From Chloroflexota bacterium (lineage in GTDB: Bacteria > Chloroflexota > Dehalococcoidia > Lucifugimonadales > SAR202-VII-2), in NCBI GenBank assembly GCA_003228115.1, contig QEVV01000003.1:77466-141465 (forward strand): 64,000 nucleotides of DNA, written 5' to 3'. Shown here piece after piece: positions 25,527 through 33,226 of this stretch. The stretch's first letter is position 1; each line of letters begins with the position of its first letter. Both the position numbers and the translations under genes were made by a program. Under the pieces are notes generated by a model. The model was not told the DNA's origin. It saw only the letters and a list, made by a program, of their open reading frames with translations, and did no database searches.

Positions 25527-26387
25527 ATGAAGATCGGCATTGGTTTGCCAGCGATGATCCCCAGCGCCACTGGTTCGCTCATTTTGGAGTGGGCCAAGAA
25601 AGCGGACGCCAGTCCCTTTTCCTCACTTGCGGCATTGGACAGGATTGTTTTCCCGAACCACGAGGCGTTGACCACTCTAGCAGCAGCGGCGGCTGTGACC
25701 AACCGTATCCGGCTCATCACCACGGTTCTGATCGCGACGATTCGAAAGCCCGCCATTTTGGCGAAACAAGCAGCGACCATCGATGTACTGTCAAACGGAC
25801 GGCTCACCTTGGGGCTAGGGGTGGGCAGCCGTGACTCCGACTTCACCGCCGCGCCGGCCAGCTACCACGACCGGGGCAAGCGCATGGACGCCCAACTAGA
25901 CCTGATGAAGAAGATTTGGTCCGGCGAAGCAGTCTCCGACGAGATCGGACCCGTTGGTCCCAAACCAGTACAAAAAGGCGGGCCTGAGCTTCTTCTCGGC
26001 GGAAGGGCAGAAGCGGCTCTCAAGAGGGCCGGCAGAGCCTCCGACGGCTACATAGGCGGAGGAAGCGGTGACCCGGCAGCGGTCCAGGCCGCCTTTGAAA
26101 TTGTGAAAAGCGCGCGAAAAGAGGCCGGCAAATCCGGCGAGCCGAGGCTTGTTGGCACCGCTTATTACGCCCTGGGACCCGACGCCTCAGCTGGAGCCGA
26201 CTATATCAGGCAGTATTACCCCGCAGGCCCCTTTGGAGAGAGCGCGATCAAGGCAATCCTAGACACGCCCGAGAGAATAAAGGACACCATCAAGGCGTTC
26301 GAGGCTATTGGCATGGACGAGTTCATCCTGTGGCCAACCATATCGAACCTCGACCAGTTCGATCGTTTGGTAGACGTGGTCGCCTAG
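25527..26387 (+). CDS. LLM-class F420/flavin-dependent oxidoreductase, tandem paralog 3
   Basis: Start set at MKIGIGLPAMIPS (GGAGG upstream). The ORF-track start at 25425 overlaps paralog 2 and is not homologous. Confidence 0.9.
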   Translation: MKIGIGLPAMIPSATGSLILEWAKKADASPFSSLAALDRIVFPNHEALTTLAAAAAVTNRIRLITTVLIATIRKPAILAKQAATIDVLSNGRLTLGLGVGSRDSDFTAAPASYHDRGKRMDAQLDLMKKIWSGEAVSDEIGPVGPKPVQKGGPELLLGGRAEAALKRAGRASDGYIGGGSGDPAAVQAAFEIVKSARKEAGKSGEPRLVGTAYYALGPDASAGADYIRQYYPAGPFGESAIKAILDTPERIKDTIKAFEAIGMDEFILWPTISNLDQFDRLVDVVA

Positions 26388-26416
26388 CGAATCGTCAGCA
26401 GTCTTAGACGAAAAGC

Positions 26417-26450
26417 AAAGGGGCGGCTCGGTGAGCCGCCCCTTTCTCGT
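26417..26450. terminator. Bidirectional intrinsic terminator between convergent genes
   Basis: AAAGGGGCGGCTC-GGT-GAGCCGCCCCTTT 13-bp stem, with T-runs on both strands (CTCGTTT / GCTTTT). Confidence 0.75.
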
Positions 26451-26471
26451 TTACCAATGCGATCGTCTTAG

Positions 26472-27380
26472 CTAGTCAGCCGGGACAAGCACACGAAGTG
26501 CTTGTGGCATAACCTCAACCTTCGTGGGAGTCCGGGCGACAAACTCTCCGTCGGCCCACAAAGAGATAGGTTCCTTGGCGTCAATCTCCATATAGTGAAC
26601 CTGCTTCATTTCCACGGCCCGGTGGTTGACATGCCCGCCGGTGAAGGCCCGGGGAAGCATACGCAGGACTTCAAAACGAGACACGCTATGGACCAAGCAG
26701 ACGTCCAGGTGGCCATCGTCGATCACTGCAGGAGGCACGATCTTGATGCGACCGCCGTAGGTGTGCGTGTTGCCCGTGGCAACGAGGAAGGCCTTGCCCT
26801 CGAATTCGCCGAAGTCTCCCTTGATGGAAAGCCACACGCCGGAATACCGAAAGAGGTTGGCGAAGATTCCCCACACATAGGACATCGTGCCTTTGAGAAA
26901 TGATGGCACGCCGCCGCCAGCGACGTATTCGTTCACAACGCTGTCGAAACCGAGAGCAACGACCGTGGAGAAATAACGATCGCCAACCCGGCCAAGGTCG
27001 ATGGTGCGAGCCTTACCATTCAGGAACGTATCGATAGCGGCGGGGATGTTATGGGGAATCGAAAGTGCATTGACCAGATCATTGCATTGTCCAAGCGGCA
27101 CAAGGCCCAAACTGACTTCATCATTGTTCTGAGCGGCCTTGACGCCGTTGACTACCTCATGGATGGTGCCGTCGCCTCCGCAAGCTACTATGCGACGATT
27201 CCCCTCTTCGACGGCAGTCCGCGCTATGACTTCGGCATCGCCCCGGGCCTTTGTCCAGTGGAGAGTGAAATCGACGCCCCGTTCGCTCAGAAGCTGAGCT
27301 ACTTTGGTCGTGCCACGGTGTCCCTTGCCTCCATTGGAGACAGGGTTGGCGATAAGCACGAGTTTATCTTGTTCAGCCAT
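26472..27380 (-). CDS. Diacylglycerol-kinase-family lipid kinase (YegS/BmrU-like)
   Basis: NPVSNGGKG, the ACGGDGTIHEVVNG catalytic motif, and LGLVPLGQCND. 302 aa. Confidence 0.85.
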   Translation of the reverse strand: MAEQDKLVLIANPVSNGGKGHRGTTKVAQLLSERGVDFTLHWTKARGDAEVIARTAVEEGNRRIVACGGDGTIHEVVNGVKAAQNNDEVSLGLVPLGQCNDLVNALSIPHNIPAAIDTFLNGKARTIDLGRVGDRYFSTVVALGFDSVVNEYVAGGGVPSFLKGTMSYVWGIFANLFRYSGVWLSIKGDFGEFEGKAFLVATGNTHTYGGRIKIVPPAVIDDGHLDVCLVHSVSRFEVLRMLPRAFTGGHVNHRAVEMKQVHYMEIDAKEPISLWADGEFVARTPTKVEVMPQALRVLVPAD

Positions 27381-27389
27381 ACCTTAAGC

Positions 27390-28004
27390 CTAACGCATCG
27401 GAGAGAAATCGGCGGGCACCAGCAACTTGTTCTCCCTGCGAAGAAGGATGTGGCTGGTGCCGGAGGCGTATTTCGAGTCTTTGCTGACCGCCTTCATTTG
27501 CTCGTCACGCTGGTTGAAGCTCTCATAGGCCCAGAGAATCGCTATCTTATCCAGCTCACCCACATCGATGTACCAGGCGCCAGCCAAAGTGCCGAAATTC
27601 TCTCTGTAAGGCAGAACCTCTTCCCAACGCGTGATGGCCTCTGCGATGTCCTTTGGTGCGTAGGAGTAATACCTCAACTCATAAGCGTTGCCCAGGTGTC
27701 CCTGCTTCAAGTCGCCCATCGCTGAGAGTGGATGACCCATCTCAGATGCCTGGCGAAGCACCATACCATCGACGTCAGGAGGCCAGTAAGGATCAGTAAA
27801 GCGAGCCGTCCGGGCAGCCATTCGCTGGTCCAAATCATCGTAGGGCCAGATATGGACGACCTGATTCAATGGTCCAACATCAGTGCGCCAAAAGCCGCCC
27901 AGGGGACAGTACTTCTCGCTGAAAGGAAGGGCCTTGACCAACCTCCTTTCATATTCAGCGACCGTGCCAACCCGGATATCGTATGTGCGTATTTCATGAA
28001 TCAT
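27390..28004 (-). CDS. NIPSNAP-family protein (two NIPSNAP-like halves)
   Basis: Start at MIHEIRTYDIRVGTVAEYE... The second half YELRYYSYAPKDIAEAITRWEEV...AILWAYESFNQRDEQ repeats the pattern. The ORF-track start at 28136 is likely too long. Confidence 0.7.
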   Translation of the reverse strand: MIHEIRTYDIRVGTVAEYERRLVKALPFSEKYCPLGGFWRTDVGPLNQVVHIWPYDDLDQRMAARTARFTDPYWPPDVDGMVLRQASEMGHPLSAMGDLKQGHLGNAYELRYYSYAPKDIAEAITRWEEVLPYRENFGTLAGAWYIDVGELDKIAILWAYESFNQRDEQMKAVSKDSKYASGTSHILLRRENKLLVPADFSPMR

Positions 28005-28177
28005 CGTTGCCCTTTGCCTCCAGTGAGATGCCAGCCGCACCGCCTTGCCCTCTCTCTTGGGAACAAGCCATCGCTGCTGGCCGTGTAAACAGAGGGGTGT
28101 GGGGAAGCTCCCCACACCCCTCTTGGTCTCTCTCAAATCCCTTGCGATTCCGCCGATCGCAGTGGTCCGGCAGATCG

Positions 28178-29074
28178 TTAGACCGTGACGTACCTATACC
28201 TTGGCCATCCCTTGGCCATGGTCAACGAATCCATATCCTTGATCTGTATGTAGAGGCCACTGGGATCGAAGAAGTAGGTGTCTAACTCGCCCGGCCTACG
28301 CAGCCCCGGCACCATGTCGATCTGTTCCACCTTGTCGTCGTTGAGATGGCCCTCAAGTACATGGTAAGCATCAGCCTCGACGTAGTAGGCGCAGTGACGC
28401 CCAAAGTAGGGGCCGACCGTCGCTGGTGAAACCTCGTCGACGCGATGAACAAAGAGATGTTGTCCGCTGGGCATGCCCAGCGCCACAACTTCAGCTTCTT
28501 CATCTGCCCCTACAGCCTCAAGACCCAGATAGCGGCCGTAGAACTCGGATGTAGCAGCCAGATCCACCGCTTCCGTGTGCATGTGGCTGATGCCTGTGAC
28601 CTTATAGTCGTCGTACCGTCCTCTGGGGTCGGAAACCAACTCAAGGCTGTTCCCATCCGGGTCCAGCAGAAACACGCTACGCATAGGAATGCCTGCGTGG
28701 CCCTCAGTCCGCACCTCACCCACAGGTACTGGGAAGTCCCGGGCTGCCTGGACCACGTCATCAAAGTCGTCTTCAGCGACCCAGAGCCCCCAACAGGGAT
28801 AGCCACTACCCGGCTCTGCTGCCGGATACACGGGAACCTCGTACTGCAGAAAGAAGCCCAGATGGTGACGTCCGAATTTGATGAACGTGCCTGGCGGGTG
28901 GGTCTTACCGGTCGCTTCGCTGAACCCGGAAGGGTCGTGGTGAGTCATGCCAGGCTTGAGGAACATCGCCCCCCCCAACACTTCCGTATAGAAGCGCTCC
29001 TCTTTGAAGAGGTCCATGCAGGGAAGCACGGAGTGGTCGAAGTGCTGGACTGACGCTGATACTTGAGTCGTCAT
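28178..29074 (-). CDS. Two-domain VOC-family protein (extradiol dioxygenase/glyoxalase-like)
   Basis: Two repeats of the HF.H..L......E..FY..VLG...... / ...DPDGN.LEL pattern (FLLDPDGNSLELV; FFDPSGLYIQI). 298 aa. Confidence 0.75.
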   Translation of the reverse strand: MTTQVSASVQHFDHSVLPCMDLFKEERFYTEVLGGAMFLKPGMTHHDPSGFSEATGKTHPPGTFIKFGRHHLGFFLQYEVPVYPAAEPGSGYPCWGLWVAEDDFDDVVQAARDFPVPVGEVRTEGHAGIPMRSVFLLDPDGNSLELVSDPRGRYDDYKVTGISHMHTEAVDLAATSEFYGRYLGLEAVGADEEAEVVALGMPSGQHLFVHRVDEVSPATVGPYFGRHCAYYVEADAYHVLEGHLNDDKVEQIDMVPGLRRPGELDTYFFDPSGLYIQIKDMDSLTMAKGWPRYRYVTV

Positions 29075-29131
29075 GATACCCCCCTTATTCGACGAATTTC
29101 GCTATGGCGGAGTAGCCTTCGGGATGATGGG

Positions 29132-29160
29132 AACGTATCACAAGGCCTGAAAGGTGTCAA
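29132..29160 (-). promoter_or_regulatory. Candidate promoter (TTGACA-17-TACGTT, minus strand) for the two-domain VOC gene
   Basis: Reverse complement reads TTGACA, 17 nt, then TACGTT, about 55 nt upstream of the ATG at 29074. Confidence 0.35.
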
Positions 29161-29187
29161 AACCTCAACCTAAACCCGGTGACGCCT

Positions 29188-29958
29188 CTAGGTTACTGTA
29201 ACCTCACCGCCACCTACGTGAAGGATCTGCCCCGTGACGTAGCTGCTGGTAGGGCTCATGAGATACATCATGGCGTCGGCGATCTCGCTGATGTGCCCTA
29301 CTCTTTTCATGGGCACAGGCTGGCGCCTCTCCTCAATGAGATTGTCCAGGTCCTTGCCTTCCAAGCCTCGACGCCATAGAGGAGTGTCGATAGGACCGGG
29401 GGCGATGGAATTGACCCGAATACCGTGTTCGGCCATCTCGCGGGCAAGCGCCTTTGTGAGGCCCATAACCCCGGCCTTAGCCGCCGAGTAGTGCACCATG
29501 TTTGCTTGGCCCGTTTGCCCAAACATTGAAGAAATATTGACAATGGCCCCTCTGCCTCGGGCGATCATCGCGGGCAGCAACGTCCGGCAGGTGTAAAACG
29601 TTCCCGTGAGGCAGACCTCCACCATGCGGCTCCAGTCTTCGTTGGACATCTCCACCAGGGGGCCGTAGTGCCCAATACCTGCTGTGTTGAACAAGTAATC
29701 AAGCGGCCCTAGCTCTGCGGTCGCTTTTGCCATCACTTCCTGCACTTGAGCCGAGTCCCTTACGTCGAGCTGCATGGGCAGCGCCTTACCGCCCTTTTCA
29801 GCAACAAGCGCCGCCGTAGTTTCAGCAATCGACAGGTTCACGTCCGTCACAGCGACGGGGATGCCCTCCTCAGCAAAGGCAAGCGCTCCGGCACGTCCCA
29901 TGCCACCAACGCCGGTTATGAATGCGGCCTCGCCATCGAGTCCCCAGCTTCCTGCCAT
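29188..29958 (-). CDS. SDR-family oxidoreductase (FabG-like)
   Basis: Start at MAGSWGLDGEAAFITGVGGMGRA with GAGGAGG Shine-Dalgarno. NTAG, S...YSAAK, and PGPIDTP motifs. Confidence 0.9.
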   Translation of the reverse strand: MAGSWGLDGEAAFITGVGGMGRAGALAFAEEGIPVAVTDVNLSIAETTAALVAEKGGKALPMQLDVRDSAQVQEVMAKATAELGPLDYLFNTAGIGHYGPLVEMSNEDWSRMVEVCLTGTFYTCRTLLPAMIARGRGAIVNISSMFGQTGQANMVHYSAAKAGVMGLTKALAREMAEHGIRVNSIAPGPIDTPLWRRGLEGKDLDNLIEERRQPVPMKRVGHISEIADAMMYLMSPTSSYVTGQILHVGGGEVTVT

Positions 29959-30072
29959 AAGGGCCTCCTCTACAATTCTTAAGTTCAAGTTGATCTGTCG
30001 ATATCAGCGTGCCCCGCCCATCCTGCAACCCCGACAACCCTGGGCTGGCCCGACGCTAGCGGGCGTTCGGCC

Positions 30073-30483
30073 CTATGGCTCAAGTGCCACGACTTCCATC
30101 ACAAAGCGCGATGTGCCTCCCGGACTATTGCTGGCGTTGGCAACCCCAACCGCCACTCGAGCGGGCGGGTTCTCCGGAAAGTACTCCACCCACACCTTTT
30201 GGAGCTCAGAGCGGTAGGCCATGTCCTGGTAATACACGGTCACTCGGACGACGTCTTCGAGACCTGCACCTGCAGGAGCCAGCAGGGATTTTATGGTCTC
30301 GAACGCTGAACGGGCCTGCTCCTCGGTGGTTTCACCCGCGCCGCGGATCGCTCCCAGGAAAATGAATCCGCCTGCAATGACGCCGTCGGCGGAGGGAGCC
30401 GGATGAAATGATCCCTCCGGCCGGACCGGCAGCGGCCGTTTGCCCCTCTGTTGAGTCACCAGGCAACCTCCTGACCCGATCAA
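30073..30483 (-). CDS. RidA/YjgF-family reactive-intermediate deaminase
   Basis: GGFIFLGAI...AFETIKSLLAPAGAGLEDVVRVTVYYQDM...NPPARVAVGVA is the typical RidA pattern. The exact start is uncertain. Confidence 0.8.
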   Translation of the reverse strand: MIGSGGCLVTQQRGKRPLPVRPEGSFHPAPSADGVIAGGFIFLGAIRGAGETTEEQARSAFETIKSLLAPAGAGLEDVVRVTVYYQDMAYRSELQKVWVEYFPENPPARVAVGVANASNSPGGTSRFVMEVVALEP

Positions 30484-30585
30484 TCCGTGTCTCTATCAAG
30501 CGCGGCACATCATACCACCGTCGCAAGCGGCGAACATAGTCTCGTGTGGTCAATCTGGGGACGGCAGACGTAGTGAATGGCAGGC

Positions 30586-30612
30586 GAGGGGCGTTGAACT
30601 GAACGCCCCTAC
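30586..30612. repeat. Palindromic repeat family, copy 3 (GAGGGGCGTTGAACTGAACGCCCCTAC)
   Basis: 9-bp arms AGGGGCGTT/AACGCCCCT are identical to copies 1-2. The shared left flank AATG(A/G)CAGGCG matches copy 2. Confidence 0.85.
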
Positions 30613-30755
30613 GTGAAGGCGACACTCGATACCCGTTGTCGCTGTGGGACAACCCCAACGAGCGCCTCCATAGCGGCATGGATGCCAAGGCTTGACGCAA
30701 GAGAATGCGAAGTCGCCAAGGGCGGGTCTGGAACCCGCCCCTATAGGGCCCTAGC

Positions 30756-31091
30756 CTAGGCGTCGTGGCGGACGTAGTGACCTAGGAACGTACCGCCCAA
30801 TACGTGCAAATGCCCGTGTGGTTGGCTTTGCATTGCGTTCCGGCCGAAGTTGGAGAGGAGCCTGAACCCTCTAGGGCAGTACTTCTCGCCCATTTCCACG
30901 GCAAGCCCACTGGCTCTCGGCATCAGGGGAGAACGCCACAGTTCTTCTTGTGTCATGTGCTGGCGAGGAATCACCATCAACATGACGGGAACCCAAGTTA
31001 GTTGGTTGTCTATAACAATGAGGTCGTCGTCTTCATAGCGGAAATTGGCCGGCGATCGTTTCGCTATGATCTCGCAGAACACGCAATCCAT
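30756..31091 (-). CDS. HIT-family (histidine triad) protein
   Basis: MDCVFCEII start and the HGHLHVLGG histidine triad near the C-terminus. 111 aa. Confidence 0.85.
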   Translation of the reverse strand: MDCVFCEIIAKRSPANFRYEDDDLIVIDNQLTWVPVMLMVIPRQHMTQEELWRSPLMPRASGLAVEMGEKYCPRGFRLLSNFGRNAMQSQPHGHLHVLGGTFLGHYVRHDA

Positions 31092-31137
31092 CTTTCCTCG
31101 TTCTCAAGGGGGAAGAATGCAGGGGAGCAAAAGAAGC

Positions 31138-32550
31138 CTAGCTCGGGGGGCGGGAGCGACGACCCTCGGGGGCGTTGCCGCGGGAGCGATAGCGGCCTGT
31201 GCCCTTTGGCCGATAGTCCGCTGCGGCAATGGGCTGAATGGCGACGAGGCTGCCATCTCGCAGTCTGGATGCAATCGAAGGCGGCAGGTCGTCCAACTTC
31301 TCGTTGCTCGTCGTGATGATCATGGGCAACCTTAGGTTGTAACGATGGGCGAAGATCTGGTAGAGCTTCTCCTGAGCCCAGGGCGTACCTTGCTCCATAC
31401 CCAAGTCGTCAAGGATGAGCAACGGGGCGTTCTTGACCTGCTCAAACATCCGGTCATAGGAAACCTTGCTGTCTGGGCTGAAGGTGTGGCGTAGGTGGTC
31501 CAAGAGGTCAGGAACCATGACGAAGAATACAGGGTTCCCTCGCTTTACTTGCTCGCCAGCAATGGCCGCTGCCAGATGGGTCTTGCCGCAGCCGGGTACT
31601 CCGGTGAACACAACCCATCCATCAGGGTTCTCGGCAAAGTTCTGAGCGAAACGAAACGCCCCTTCCAAGGTACCCCGTCCCGTAGCATCGGTTTCTGGTC
31701 CTCCCCGCAGGTCGAACTGTTCGAAGCCCATGCGGCCCAGCATCTCTTGAGGAATGCTGCCAAGCTGTTGGAACGCAGGCCCCGACTCCCCATCAGCCAG
31801 GCGATGAACCTGGCTCACGCGGCGGTCTGCTAGGCGTATTTGAAGATGCTCATCAAGGTCCTGCACCTCACAAGCCAGGGCGATGACGGTAGGCAACTCG
31901 TTCTGATAACGATGGTTGAAGAGTTGGTAGAGTTTCTCCTGAGCCCATGGTGTAGCGCTATGGGTTCCCATGTCATCCAACACCAGCATGGGGATGTTCT
32001 TCAACTCTTCGAAAAGCTCGTCGTAGGCAACCTCGCTGTGAGGGCCGTAGGCGCCTCGCAGGTGGTCCAAGAGGTCGGGAACGGTCATGAACGAGGCTCG
32101 CAAACCCTTCGCGATGGCTTCATTGGCGATAGCGGCAACAATTGGGGTCTTACCTGAGCCACCTGAACCCGCAATAACAAACCAACCTTTGGGGGCCTCG
32201 GAATAAGCCCTGGCCGCGGCCACGACCTCTTCAAAGCGGCGTTGCGCATCCGGGGTTCCGTCCTGGGCTTTCAAGGAATCGAATGTGAAACGCTTGAGTG
32301 CGCCCAGATTGCTGAGCCTGACGAAGCGCTCGCGGCGTTCTTCCTCAAAATCATGAGACAGACAGGTACAAGGCTGGGCCTGCCCGAAGCGCGGGTCGTC
32401 CATACCCACATTCAGGGTGATCCATCCAACCCCACCACAAATAGGGCAGGCCGGCTCTCCCTCACGCACTTCAGTCGTCGGAGGACCGCCGCCACCCTCG
32501 AAGGTAGGCCTTTGGGTCACTCTTCGCAGAATGTCGCCCAGGCTCTCCAT
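31138..32550 (-). CDS. DnaC/DnaI-like helicase loader with zinc-ribbon-like N-terminus and two tandem AAA+ modules
   Basis: CPICGG...C.C, then two paralogous modules, each with Walker A (GSGGSGKT / GVPGCGKT) and Walker B (LVLDDMG / LILDDLG). Start at MESLGDIL (purine-rich Shine-Dalgarno). Alternative starts are 32592 or GTG 32469. Confidence 0.8.
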   Translation of the reverse strand: MESLGDILRRVTQRPTFEGGGGPPTTEVREGEPACPICGGVGWITLNVGMDDPRFGQAQPCTCLSHDFEEERRERFVRLSNLGALKRFTFDSLKAQDGTPDAQRRFEEVVAAARAYSEAPKGWFVIAGSGGSGKTPIVAAIANEAIAKGLRASFMTVPDLLDHLRGAYGPHSEVAYDELFEELKNIPMLVLDDMGTHSATPWAQEKLYQLFNHRYQNELPTVIALACEVQDLDEHLQIRLADRRVSQVHRLADGESGPAFQQLGSIPQEMLGRMGFEQFDLRGGPETDATGRGTLEGAFRFAQNFAENPDGWVVFTGVPGCGKTHLAAAIAGEQVKRGNPVFFVMVPDLLDHLRHTFSPDSKVSYDRMFEQVKNAPLLILDDLGMEQGTPWAQEKLYQIFAHRYNLRLPMIITTSNEKLDDLPPSIASRLRDGSLVAIQPIAAADYRPKGTGRYRSRGNAPEGRRSRPPS

Positions 32551-33226
32551 TACCTCTTCCCTCTTCCCGCCATCGTTCCAAGATTCGAGCAATGTAACGC
32601 CAACTCCGCTTGTTGCGCTCCACGGCCTCTAGAAATGCACTGCGAACCCAGGCCGGTGGATACCGCTGTTCAGCGTCCTTTAATTCATCGACAATGAGCG
32701 GCGTCAGTAGGCCAACGTGCTCCTGGTAGAGCGTAAATATGTCGGATATCGGAGGTTCTTCCGCTGCCTCATCCGCCAATGCCGCCGGTGCGTCAACCCT
32801 GGCCCTGTCGAGGCCAGCGAGAGCATGACGCTCGCTTTCGCTGTTGACTACATAAGCCGTCTGCAGAGAAGCACCGTGTCCCACCCTCGTGCGTAGCAGG
32901 ACACCTGAATACACAGCCGCGTCCAACGCCTTTCCAATATCACCCTCCACGCTCGAGTGGCCCGAGAAGGACCTGCGCAGTACCGGGTCCGTATCTATTT
33001 CTGCTTGGGTCACCAGACGAGGCGAGCCCTTCTTTCGATGTATAAGGTAGAAGACCCTTAGGACCGTCTTCAACTCACCAAGGTCCTTCATCTCCTCTAA
33101 CAATGGCCCAAGTAGCGCGTCGGGAACCGGCGTGTAGCTGCTCCCCGTTGGAAAGCCTGCGAAGCGACCCTTGCTACTCGTAGGGGTCTCGCTTGGCGAG
33201 GTTTTCGAAGCGGGCCAGCCGTTCAT
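32471..33226 (-). CDS. DnaD-domain replication/primosome protein
   Basis: N-terminal FAGFPTGSSYTPVPDALLGPLLEEMKDLGELKTVLRVFYLI. C-terminal DnaD repeat FTLYQEHVGLLTPLIVDELKDAEQRYPPAWVRSAFLEAVERNKRSWRYIARILERW. Start uncertain: first usable ATG is 33226, which overlaps the dnaB 3' end. Confidence 0.65.
   Translation of the reverse strand: MNGWPASKTSPSETPTSSKGRFAGFPTGSSYTPVPDALLGPLLEEMKDLGELKTVLRVFYLIHRKKGSPRLVTQAEIDTDPVLRRSFSGHSSVEGDIGKALDAAVYSGVLLRTRVGHGASLQTAYVVNSESERHALAGLDRARVDAPAALADEAAEEPPISDIFTLYQEHVGLLTPLIVDELKDAEQRYPPAWVRSAFLEAVERNKRSWRYIARILERWREEGRGNGEPGRHSAKSDPKAYLRGWRRSSDD

Noticed and set aside
24599-25846. Two roughly 200-aa minus-strand ORFs across the LLM triplet
   Set aside because: They are shadow ORFs of well-supported plus-strand paralogs, with no recognisable domains.
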